Origin: Azolla caroliniana
Lineage: Eukaryota; Plantae; Polypodiophyta
Assembly (NCBI GenBank): GCA_043228905.1
Contig: JBHGNT010000016.1
Coordinates: 6,386,001-6,450,000, forward strand
Length of the DNA: 64,000 nt
Direction: 5' to 3'
The notes under the pieces: model-generated
Told to the model about the DNA's origin: nothing
What the model saw: only the letters and a program-made list of their open reading frames with translations
Databases searched by the model: none
In this document: one piece after another, positions 46,386-57,249 of the stretch
How positions within the stretch are numbered: position 1 is the stretch's first letter
How the letters are laid out: each line of letters begins with the position of its first letter
Position numbers and translations under genes: made by a program

Positions 46386-46755
46386 TATTAGGAAACAGGT
46401 CCCTCCGAATGGGAAGTGAGAAGAACAGTGTTGATGAGAAACTCGGCCGAGGCCGAAACCGGATGAAGAATACCCGGCAAAGGAAGACCCGGTGAGAACC
46501 GGATGAAGAATACCCAGAAACGGAAGACCCAGTGAGAACCGGATGACGAGTACCCGGCAAGCGTCAGATGATGCAGGCCGGTGAGGAGTGCTCATCGGAT
46601 GAAGAGACATATTTGTAAATATGTTTCTGAGAGTCCATCGTGGCTATATTTGTAAATAGCCGAAAAGTCATATTAGTATAAATATGACTTAGGGCAAACT
46701 TTTGAGTTGTGTTGTTGTCATTCTTGTTGGTGCAAGAAGAGAGAGTGTAACAGTG

Positions 46756-46796
<41 letters not shown>

Positions 46797-47064
46797 GTTG
46801 TTACCTCTGTTGTAACCGCCACTTGTGGCGAAGATCGTGAGCACGAGGTCGTTGCCTCCGTGAGCTCACTGTTGTACATTGTGATATAGTGATAGTTTGC
46901 AGCCTGTGGGCTGCCGTGGTTTTTCCCTAGTTTGGGTTTTCCACGTAAACATCTTGTGTACTCTTCTCTCTTTTTTGTCGTGCATTCTTTCCCCATTTTT
47001 CTGTGTATGATTCTAAGCTCGGTTGTGGCCGAGCGCTACGCATAGGGAGCGTGAGTTCCAGACA
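46386..47064 (+). repeat. 3' LTR of Copia 2
   Basis: Matches 19626-20271, with one more 40-bp U3 repeat unit. Confidence 0.95.
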
Positions 47065-47241
47065 CGATTTGAGACATTGTAGCCGTCAGAGGTAGTTGTG
47101 GTCTCGGCGGCCCAATCGACTCACTTACATCGAAATCTTCACTCCTCTCACTTTCTTCTCTTGCTTGAGCTCATGGCTAACATGAAGTTACCACTGTTAT
47201 ATTTCTTACCACAACTTGTAAACCCTATTCCATAAAGGAAT

Positions 47242-47707
47242 TGTTAATAATTAGGTAAATAATTGAGGGTTAATTAGTATCTAATTATGTGAGTAGTTAA
47301 ACACATTTGTGATTAAGCAACGGAAATCTATGTGATATGTGTGAGTATAAGAGGAAGAGAGAAAGAGCACTTATGAATAATAAGACAAGATGGGGGATGA
47401 TTAACAAGAGTGTAGCTAGATAACCAAGCTCTCTATATTAATAAGCATCAGGTTATAAAAATACCCACAATGAGGTATATATACATCTCATGTGCAAGGG
47501 TGCACATGTGTGAGGAGAATATAGGTACAAAGATGTAAGTCCTATATTAAATATACTTGGGAGTGGAGGATCTAGAATGTATCCCACTAAGTACAAGGTC
47601 CTATTTAAGGCTTTAAGGTTAACACACTAACTAGATTCTATTTATGTAACTACTAAGTTACATAATTGACAAAATAACTAAACCTAGTTGAGCTTGATAT
47701 CTCAACA
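47242..47707 (-). mobile_element. Possible old solo LTR of a Copia-1-related family
   Basis: Ends tgttaata... and ...ttgagcttgatatctcaaca resemble the Copia 1 LTR ends and the length is nearly equal (466 vs 467); the interior is diverged and no clean TSD is seen. Confidence 0.45.
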
Positions 47708-50700
47708 AAGATTTTCTTGTATAAACTAAAATTGAGATCCTAATATGATTTCATTTTATCTTAAACTTGTGTTAAATTGTTAATTGTGTATTAATCTCTC
47801 CCATGCATTTGTGTCATCCTTTGCTTGCATCGGCGATCATCTGCACTCCCAAGCATTCATGTCGTAGGAACATTTCAACTAGGTGCTTCTTTCAACTATA
47901 GTAAGCGTTTCCTTTCGACGAAACCCTTTGACAAACTAACTTGGGGTTTCTACGACTAAGCCTATCTTTCGACATATGTGTTTCTTCAACAACCGCAAAC
48001 CTTCAACTAGTTCGATTTTTCGATTAGCACGAGCCTTCGCCTAGTTTGATTTTCCAACAAGCACGATCTTTCAACAAAGTACGAGACTTTAACTTACACC
48101 TCCCTTCGACGTGCTTTGACACCCAAGTCTTTTCAACTCCTAGATCGTTTTTTACCTCATTTTTTTGAGTCCTCCTAACCGTAATGTCCTCTGTGGTCAA
48201 ATACCCACGTGGTCCCATTCAAATAGCACATGCACATGCGTTTACACGACAACTGTGTGTGGATTTTTCAGGGTTCAATAATGTTGGTCAAAGAGATCAT
48301 TACTTCTGTTTTGGTCAAACTTTGCTAGTTCATTAAAAGCTAAATATGATAATATTCTTACACATCAATTCTTGATTGTTATTATAAATTGTTATTCGGA
48401 AGTGTTGGAATTGCATTCCAATTTTTCTTTGTGGGTAAATCATAAGATGACTTGTTAGTTTTCTCCCCCTTGTTAGTTGTTCTTTGCTACTTTAGATGCA
48501 TAAATGTTCACCTCCTTAGCTTATTTAAGGGAAGGATCTTTGGTTGGCCATTGACTATCACAATAAGGGTTTGGTAGTATCTTCTATATAGTAGTGACTC
48601 CAAAATTTATTTACGCAAAAAGTGCATAGTCGACTAGTCTTATCAAATGTGCCGCAAGATCCCATCTCACATCAAAGTGAGATTGAATTAAGTTGTAAAG
48701 AAGCAACATTTGAATGGTAGACAACAAGATGGACTCCAACACATTTGTAAAGTGTGAGCTTCCACACTTGTCCTATGTCATGACACATTAGTGTTGCAAG
48801 GCTTCATTCACAATCTATAGATGCATCATGAAGCTAGTGTGTTGCATCCCAACTTCGAACCCATTTTCCATGTAGTGCATCTAACCAAAACACAAAAATT
48901 TACTTTCACATGTCTCTTTGTTTGATTCCCATGAAGTTTTAGGAAGTCGATATTAAGTATCCAACAAGAGACATCGAGCTCAACCAATCTTAGGAAAAGA
49001 GTGATAGAACAAACCATACAAGAAACAATATAGGCCAATGAGCAACCTAGTGTGAAAGGGAGACACTTGCCCTATAAAAAGCAATAAAAACCAACTTTTG
49101 GTGACACTTGAAGCTCTTCTTGTTTCTCAGGGTTCCTCCATTTCTATTAGTACACTAATAACTCCTCTTTTATCTCCTTAATCCTTTTGTTATAGTTAAG
49201 AGATATTAGGGTTAAGAGCTAAGTAAGTCAATTCCTAATCTCCTCCACTTGTATGGTGCTAAACCTCTTTGTATTGAGAAGTAGTGTCAATAATAATATA
49301 TATTCTTTGTGTAAGAGAGAGAGAGAGAGAGAGAGAGCAATTAATTGATGATAAGTAAATGTTAAGCAAACTAGTAGCTTGAAGGTGCCTGACAACCACT
49401 TTCGCCAGATTTGCCATCAAAAGGATATATGTCGGTTCGGAGTCAAGGATAACGACATCGATGGGAGGCATAGCTCCATCGATCTATGGATATGTCCCGT
49501 GAGGTACATGGAAAGGGTTGTTGAATATATGCTTAAGGTTCAAAAAAGTCCCTCACATCGACTTCCTATAATCGCATGCGAAGCAAGCAAAAAGATCCAA
49601 AAGACGCATACAAGCAAAATTTTGTGTTCCGGTTGGATGTAAGATATGAAAAAGTGGTTTGGTAGATGGGATGCAACACACAAGTGATGAGAGTGGTTGA
49701 TTATGCACACTTTGCCCTAAACAAGTTCAAGAGTCTGAGTATCACACTTTGATATAATGCTCTGCCTTTGATCATATTCGACCATGCTTTCCACACATCT
49801 TTGACCAAGCACAATCCTTGCACGAATTTCTCTCACAACCACATTGTGCACTCTCGATAGCAACATTCATTGATAAAGTTCTTGAACATTGAGAGTCACT
49901 ACTCACTTTCACACGTATCACGTGAGATGTAATTTTTTGGGTCTCGTAGGTCATATTTGACCTCCGAATATGATAATATAATCTATCTATCTCCATCCTT
50001 CTTCTCCCCTTCTCCTTCTTTTGTAAGGTCTAAAAGGTCTTCTCCCAAATAAGAGAAAGTGGGTGTTATTTTGCATGCAACACCTTGCTTTTGGCGCATG
50101 AGTTTAGCAAAAGGTATTGTCACACACACATTTGTTTCCCATGTCATTCATTTCCCCACTTAATCATCCATGGCCCAAGTTGGACTCAAACATTTGATAT
50201 CTCATTCATAGCACACACATTTACCTATTGAACCAAGCCTTCTTGTTGAAGTCTACTTCAACTTATTCATTTCATTTCTTCCTTTCCACACCTTCGATCC
50301 ATCAACCCAGTCTCTTAGTAACCTTAATTTAACTTAATTCCTCCCATGAGCTTCCCACATCATGACAAAGTTTCTCAAATGCACAAAGTACTCTTTTTCC
50401 TACCTCTAACTATAAGTTGCACATTCATTCCATCTATGGTTTGAGGGAGCTTCAAGGTTGATGTATATCTTAAAGTGTTGCACAATTTCAAGGGCTTCAT
50501 CATTGTGCATAATGCATGGTTTAGATAAATACATAGACCGAATTGAGTTGATAAGAATGGGCATCCTTGCTTAACACTGATAATGTCATTGAATTTTTAT
50601 GAAACTCCATCACCCATACGCATACAACCTCCTCATACATTTGGGAAACAAGCATATATTCACTTACTTAAAAGGGAAGAAGAAGCAAGAGCAACTTCTT

Positions 50701-50832
50701 CATATTCATGCCACCCCTCTCCCTACATAGGATAGATAGGTAGTGGAGACTAAGAAGTGTTGTAACCCTGGATTTTACATACAATTAATATAATTGTGTG
50801 GTTTTATTGAGAGAGAGTAAGAGAGCCTAGAT

Positions 50833-50930
50833 GGATGTAGCTCAGTTGGTAAGGTTGCCCAATGGAGACCAGGTGGTCATGGGTTCAACCCCTACATTCC
50901 ACTGCCACGGTGGCATTTAGTGAAATAAGA
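50833..50930 (+). mobile_element. tRNA-derived SINE-like head (Pol III A and B boxes)
   Basis: GGATGTAGCTCAGTTGGTAAG (A box) ... GGTCATGGGTTCAACCCC (B box); folds as a rod rather than a cloverleaf. Confidence 0.65.
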
Positions 50931-52713
50931 GATCTTTTGGAGTAATAGAGAGGTGAGAAATTTGGGTTTCGAACCCAAGATGTAGTGTAAGTGACTTATT
51001 AAATTACAATAAGAGAGAGAGAATAGATTTTCTTAAACCATAAAGCTAAATTTGATTAAAGCAATTACGTTTTGTTTAAATCAAGAATTGAAACCGAAAC
51101 CTCTAGCTAGCATGATAACCAACTACACTATCTAAGCATGTTAAAAAACTAACAGAATTGCCTATTTTAATGTCTATGGGGATGACGAGGCCTAACGCAT
51201 GATGAGGATCAAGTTTGTCCATTGAACCGTAGACATCTAGTGTGTGAGACTAGGGTGATAACCAACTCAATTATCAAAAGAAAGAAAGAAAGGAGACATA
51301 TATATTATTGATTGCACTAACCCTTTCTATCAAATTTATCACTCTTAACCGGAAAGCAAAGAGAAGCAAATGATTACCAAAAGTGTCATTTATCATCTTT
51401 CACATTATTTGGCCCCTTTCACGATATAGCAACCACGGAGTATTTACCTTTTGCCCCCTTCTCCTTGATCTTTAACTTGTCCCTTTGGTGTCAATGCCAT
51501 CATAAAGGCATGGGAAGTAAGTATACCTCAAGATCAAACAACTTCATTGTAGATTTTAATACAATGTCAAATGTAGAAGATGTTAGTATGGGATTCATAG
51601 TAAGGCATAAGACGTCTCAAGAGTTGAATGCATATGTGAAAGGTCATGCCCATATATAGACAAGTAGAAGCCACTCAAATACATGGAACACAATAAAATT
51701 GTGATAAATGCTAATTTAATCGAGTCAAGGCTTGATTCACATTTTCCTCGCCTCTCAAAAATTTCATGCATCAAGACTTCCTTCATTGTCACCAATTTTG
51801 AGAACCAATGAGCAAAGCATGATAATATTGTGAATTATGATCTTATGATGTAGAAACAAAAGAGCGAACATAACATTTCCATGAGAGATCCCTATGCTTG
51901 TTCTCTCCCCCCCCCTCCCCTTCCGTCGTCGTGCAGTGTAATAGGGTGATGTATAACGATGCGCGCTTTTGAACTCCTCAAAGTCTTGTCGTGCTCAGGG
52001 AGATTCAAACCATGGACCATCTATGTACACAGAATCTAAATTCTTAAAGAGTGCGCTACCCGAACACGTGCATGGACCATTTTTTCTACAGAACCTTAAG
52101 TTCAGGTGGTGCTGAGGGAGCCACGACCCCCTCCACCCCACTCACTCCCCCAAGGGAACCATACTCTACAGGATCTTTATATTCTAGGGCGTGATCAGGG
52201 AAACACAGGGACGATTTCGGTACAGGAACCTTAATATAACGAATCTGTGTGCGCTCGGCTGGAGATATGTGAAACCTCGAGGGGATCATTTCCATACATA
52301 CGGAGACTTGATTCTGGGTGTCTGTGTGCGGACTGGGGGGGGGGGGAGGCTCGGACCCTTAGTGGCATTCAAGATGAGAGAGATATGAGTCCACTCCACA
52401 GGTAGTATCTTTTAGTTTCTTTCTTTCTTGTTGGATGTGGACAGTGGCATCCCAAATTTCCACAAGGAGATAATGAGAGCAGAAGGCCATTTATGTAAAT
52501 TTGCCCAAATGATCAAATATCCTTCCTCTTCTTCCCCCCCCTTCCCCCTTCTCCCTTCCTTTTCCTCTTCCTTTTTTCCTCTCCAAAGAAAGAGGAAGAA
52601 CAGAGAGAGCAGAGAGCTTTTCAAGCAGACTGTTAACCGTCGATTTCTTGCTATCTCCGCACACAGGTATTCCATTATTCATCTACCGCCTTATCTTTCA
52701 CCATAAATCCCCC

Positions 52714-52750
52714 CTCCTCCTCCTCCTCCTCCTCCTCCTCCTCCTCCTCC
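52714..52750. repeat. (CCT)n microsatellite in the KH gene leader region
   Basis: cctcctcct run seen directly. Confidence 0.9.
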
Positions 52751-52754
52751 TTCG

Positions 52755-53140
52755 TTCATAGGGTTTTGCGGGATCTCACCGTCTTTGCGGCCACAGTAGA
52801 ATCAAGGCGCTTTTCTCCTCTCATCTCTTTGGCACAGAAATGATTAGGGTTCTTTCTTTCTTTTTTAGGGGGGAGGGGAGGGGTTTAATAGCTTCCGATT
52901 AGCAGTAAGTTTTCCAGGGTTTTTTTTTTTTAAGGCTTCTTTGGTAGTGAGCACCGAAACTAGGGTTTTAAGATCTGCTCAAAAAGCAGAATGTTATTGC
53001 AATTTGAGGGTTTTAGGATTTTTTTAGCATCAGCGAAGAAATTAGGGTTTATTTTGCACGACCAGCTCAGAGGATAGTTTCTTACAGTGCCTTAGTAGCT
53101 TCGCAAATTGCATCCTTTTATGTTTTCTAGGGTTTCTTTA
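52755..53140. promoter_or_regulatory. Telo-box cluster (TAGGGTTT) in the probable 5'-UTR intron of the KH gene
   Basis: TAGGGTT(T) at ~52759, 52845, 52961, 53043 and 53128; probable intron ~52667-53271 (cag|gtat ... ttacag|). Confidence 0.55.
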
Positions 53141-53297
53141 ACTATCAACTGGTGTGTTCTATGATCAGCGGGGAAATTTGGGTTTTCTAGTAGCAGCCTA
53201 ATTTGTAGAATAACATAATCGTGGGCCTGGGGAAAAGCTATATAAGTGGAAGCCTATTTGATTGCTTTACAGAGAAAAAAAGAAAGAAGAGAAAAGC

Positions 53298-56200
53298 ATG
53301 GATGCACCTTTGGGTAAAAGAAAGCGTGACAGAGGGGGCTATACTGGAAATGCTGTCCGAAACCAACCACAGCGGCAAAACAGTCGATTTGGACAAGGAG
53401 ACCAAGAACAAGAAGCCTTGCCAACCCCAGTTGATACCACTTACCGGATTCTGTGTTCAGGTGTGAAAATAGGCACTGTGATCGGCCGAGGAGGAGGTAT
53501 CATCAAATCTCTCAGGAAAGAAACTAATGCAAGAATTAAGGTTCTAGAATCAGTTCCGGGAGCAGAGGAAAGAGTAATCCTTGTTTGGAGTACTCAACGG
53601 GATGATGAACGAAAGAAACATCGAGATGATGCCAAAGATCATAGTGATGGTGTTACAGGAGAAGATGGGGATACCATTTGGAGCAAGAAATCTAAAGGTG
53701 GGTTCTTGTGTGCTGCCCAAGAAGCTTTATTTAAAGTGTATGCGAAGATAGTAGAGGATGATGAAAGGAGTGGGTCTCATGATCAGACAAGAGATAATCG
53801 AAGTGGTGAAGCTATGGTAAGGCTTCTTGTACCTAACAACCAAATTGGATGTTTGCTCGGTAAAGGTGGTCGGGTCATCGAGAAAATGAGGAATGAGACA
53901 GGTGCAAATATTCGCATTTCAAGCAAAGACACTCTTCCTGGGTGCGCACTGCCCACTGATGAACTTGTACAGGTGAATGTTTGCCTTTGTTTTGGAATTG
54001 TGTAGAGACCAACTGATGCACTCCTTTTCAAGCATGTTTATTTTTTTGTTTTGAACTAGGATTCCAAAATATTTTCTTTAGCGTTATGTCCAGGTTCCTT
54101 TTCATACATGAAATAATGGAAGAAAACAGGGAGGCATTTTATAGGAGAAGAAAATTGATAAATTTCTATTGGATATTGTTCCCCTTGTTAGTTCCGGCTG
54201 ATGAGGTCAAATTATCAACTGGTTTTTCAGTAAACGAGTTCAGGAAGCTGTTATGCTTTAAGGGAACTATATTGCTTCTATTGTAGCTGACTAGCACAAA
54301 ATTCATACTGGTTTTTTGGTGGAGGATAAAACGCTGTTTTGGAATGCATGACATTTGTTAAAGGAATTATTTTGCTTTTATTCCGGTCTGCAATTGGAAT
54401 ATTTCTATCACCTACAAGTTCATAATTTCAATTTGCTTTTCTAACGAGTGAGGCTACCTCTATCCAGAATATAGTATTGGATAACATGGCATCTAGTATA
54501 GGAAATAAATTGCTTGTAATCTAGTCCTCAATCAATTTGAGTTCCCATGAAATGCTTGAAAAGTGTTAAATCACTTCCTTTTTATGCTTGAACCAATTGA
54601 TGTCCATATTTATTTGGGCAGATATCCGGCGATCTGACAGTGGTGAAAAGAGCATTATATGAAGTTTCGGCACGAATATATGAGAGTCCTTTAAGAGACC
54701 GACCTCAAGGACAAGCCAGTTCTTTACCACCACCAGTTCTTCCCCCGAGAGGACCAGCATTCCCAACCGTAAATCCCTTATATGGTATGGGTAATGTAGG
54801 GGGTGGTGCCCCTCCCATGTCTGGGTTTGGAATCGACTCTGGTGCGCCTTGGTCTATGGGTTCACACTCAGTCCCTGGGCCTTATCCTCCCCATGGTTTG
54901 AATCCTCTTGAGAGACATGATCTAGGAAAAGAAGAAGATTTTTCAATAAGAATGCTGTGCCCCAATGAAAGAATTGGGATGGTAATTGGAAAGGGTGGAA
55001 ATGTGATTCGACACTTACGAGATATAACTAATGCACGGATCAAAGTTGAAGATGCGGTTCCAGATTCTGACGAGCGAGTTATTTCTATATCTGCAGTTGA
55101 GGTATTTGTTACATGGGAAAGACGCTTAAGTACTCCTAACTTGTTGGATATTTGCAAAAGGAATCCAGCATTTAAACTAATACCAGATTAAGTTGTATCA
55201 CAAAATTTACTGTAAAAAAAGGGCACCTTGGTAAATTTTGAAAACTTAAGGTAGGTATTATTGTCTTTTGCTCTTATTATACTGGGATTTTTTATTGGGG
55301 TACAATATTATTGCGTCTTCTGAAGAAATGTAGGACTAAGAGTGTTTTGGCTCACAATATAGCCTCCTTGTTATAATGTGCAGAGGCTTCATGATCACTC
55401 GCCAGTTATCGAGGCCTGTCTAAAGCTTCTTATCAAGATAAATGATGGTGGAGATAGGGATGATGAGGGGCTCTTGACTTGCAGGCTTTTGGTTCCAACA
55501 AGGCAGATTGGCTGTCTCCTTGGGAAACGAGGAAGTGTTATTACAGAGATGAGAAAGAAGACAACAGCGAGTCTCAAGGTATTGCAGAAGGTGGATTTGC
55601 CTAAATGCGGTGAAGACACCGATGAGCTAGTTCAGGTACGGCAGTTAGCATTGAAGGAATCTTAGCTGAGTTAGCTATGTACAAATTTTGGTATATATAT
55701 ATTAACTTTACCAGAGTGATTTGATGGGCAAACATATATTTGTGCACCTATTGGTTTATATTTTCCACTAGATATAGTATTTATGTCAGGGATATCAAAT
55801 GCTATATGTGGAGTAAACAAATGTAGAGAGAGAGACCTATATGCTGCTAATTCTTTGTCTAGAATATTGACTAACTTGATGTACACGCAGATAATTGGTG
55901 ATGAAAATGTTGCGAGAAAAGCTCTTTTGGAAGTCCTATCAAGACTCAGATGCAATGTGTTTGGCATGGAGCTAGATGAATTTCTAGAATCTGGTGGTGC
56001 TGTAGGTCCACCATTTACTGGGATGGGTATGAATGAGGGATTTGGTGGACCACCTTTTGCTAGGCCGGGTGTGAATGAGGGATTTGGTGGACCACCTTTT
56101 GCAAGGCCGGGAATGAACGAGGGATTTGGTGGACCTCCACCCTTTCCTGGGCTGGCTATGAATGAGGGATTTGGTGGACCTCCACCCACTCTTGGAACCC

Positions 56201-57249
56201 GGCATGATGCTGGTTTTTCAGCTGCTCTTCCATCAAATGTTGGGATTAGGCATGATATGGGATACCGTGGAAGTATGCACTCATTCAATGGGTATGGTTT
56301 GCAAGGTGGACAATACGAATCCAACCTTGCTCTTCCACCTGTATCACCTTTACAGGTATTTTAACCTTGGTTTTTATCTCTTTTGTTTATAATCGGTATG
56401 CTTGCTTAATGCTAGCTACGAAAGAGGATCCAAATATTTGTTTTTAGAGGAGGGGTTGAGTTGCTTTTTATCATGTTTGTGCTCTCACCTTCTATGGGTG
56501 CACTTCATGCTTGTAAACCATCTCCACAATCATTCCACCTTTTTCCTTCAACATTTCTTTGTTGTGCTCTGAATTGGATATCTGTTATGGTTTGAACACT
56601 ACACAGAATACAGATTTATCAGTAGCTCTTGTATTTTTGTAACACTTACAAATCTCTTAGTACCATATGCTAATCTATGGAGATTCTTAATCTGCACAGG
56701 TTTCTGCCAGTGGGTATGGAGGATATTCTGATTTAGACACAAACACATACAGTTCTCGGCTTTTTGGAGAGTATGCCATATAATGCAATATTTAATATAG
56801 GCAAAGATATTTTGTAGATTCCATATCCAAATATTATTAATATGTATGCTTTTGATTTCTTTGTTAATTTGCGAAGGGGTGGAAGTTTTGGTGATGTATC
56901 GACTAGGAGTAAAATATTTGAAATGATAATTCCTGGGGCATCTGCTAGTTCTGTTCTTGGTAAAAGTGGTAGCAATCTGGCTTCTATAAGACAGGTGCAT
57001 GTCTTGAATGGTGATTTATAATATGTAATTTTGTAATTCTGTAATTTTTTATTTAACCATTTTACTTTATTTGATTTGCAGATATCAGGGGCCAAGTTAT
57101 CAGTTCTTGATCCTCACCCAATTTCAGGAGATCGAATTGTTGAGATCCGTGGAACACCAGAGCAAACCCAAGCAGCTCAAAGCTTGCTTCAAGCATTCAT
57201 TTACAGTGGCCAAAGCTCTTCAGGGTCTAGCCTTCATGGACTGCACTAA
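53298..57249 (+). CDS. KH-domain RNA-binding protein (five KH domains, HEN4/RCF3-like family), ~742 aa. Exons 53298-53972, 54622-55101, 55384-55635, 55891-56355, 56700-56770, 56877-56994, 57082-57249
   Basis: GxxG loops VIGRGG, LLGKGG, VIGKGG, LLGKRG, VLGKSG; all introns GT-AG with compatible phases; C-terminal VEIRGTPEQTQAAQSLLQAFI. Confidence 0.93.
56023..56190 (+). repeat. Coding tandem repeat, 4 x 39-42 bp (GMNEGFGGPPFARP)
   Basis: atgaatgagggatttggtggacc (with minor variants) recurs four times in KH exon 4. Confidence 0.9.

Larger units (their letters stand above)
19626..47064 (+). mobile_element. Ty1/Copia LTR retrotransposon 2 (Tnt1/Tork-like), host of three nested insertions; TSD CGATT
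   Basis: LTRs at 19626-20271 and 46386-47064; CGATT at 19621-19625 and 47065-47069; PBS TGGTATCAGAGC; coding pieces 20303-20838, 36701-37805, 43483-45153 and 45826-46375 rejoin across the TSDs; PPT GAGTGAAGGGGGAG. Confidence 0.96.

Noticed and set aside
47242-47707. Missing 5' LTR of Copia 1
   Set aside because: Only the termini and length resemble 9078-9544; the interior is too divergent, there is no adjacent PBS, and the flanks give no shared TSD.
47900-50700. Genes in the region after the nest
   Set aside because: Only short ORFs with no recognisable motifs or splice structure; probably old TE debris that cannot be classified by eye.
50833-50905. Functional tRNA gene
   Set aside because: A and B boxes are present but there is no proper anticodon arm or cloverleaf; it fits a SINE head better.
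52085-52410. Possible MITE or Helitron upstream of the KH gene
   Set aside because: It is a GC-richer patch, but I could not find terminal inverted repeats, a TSD or Helitron ends.
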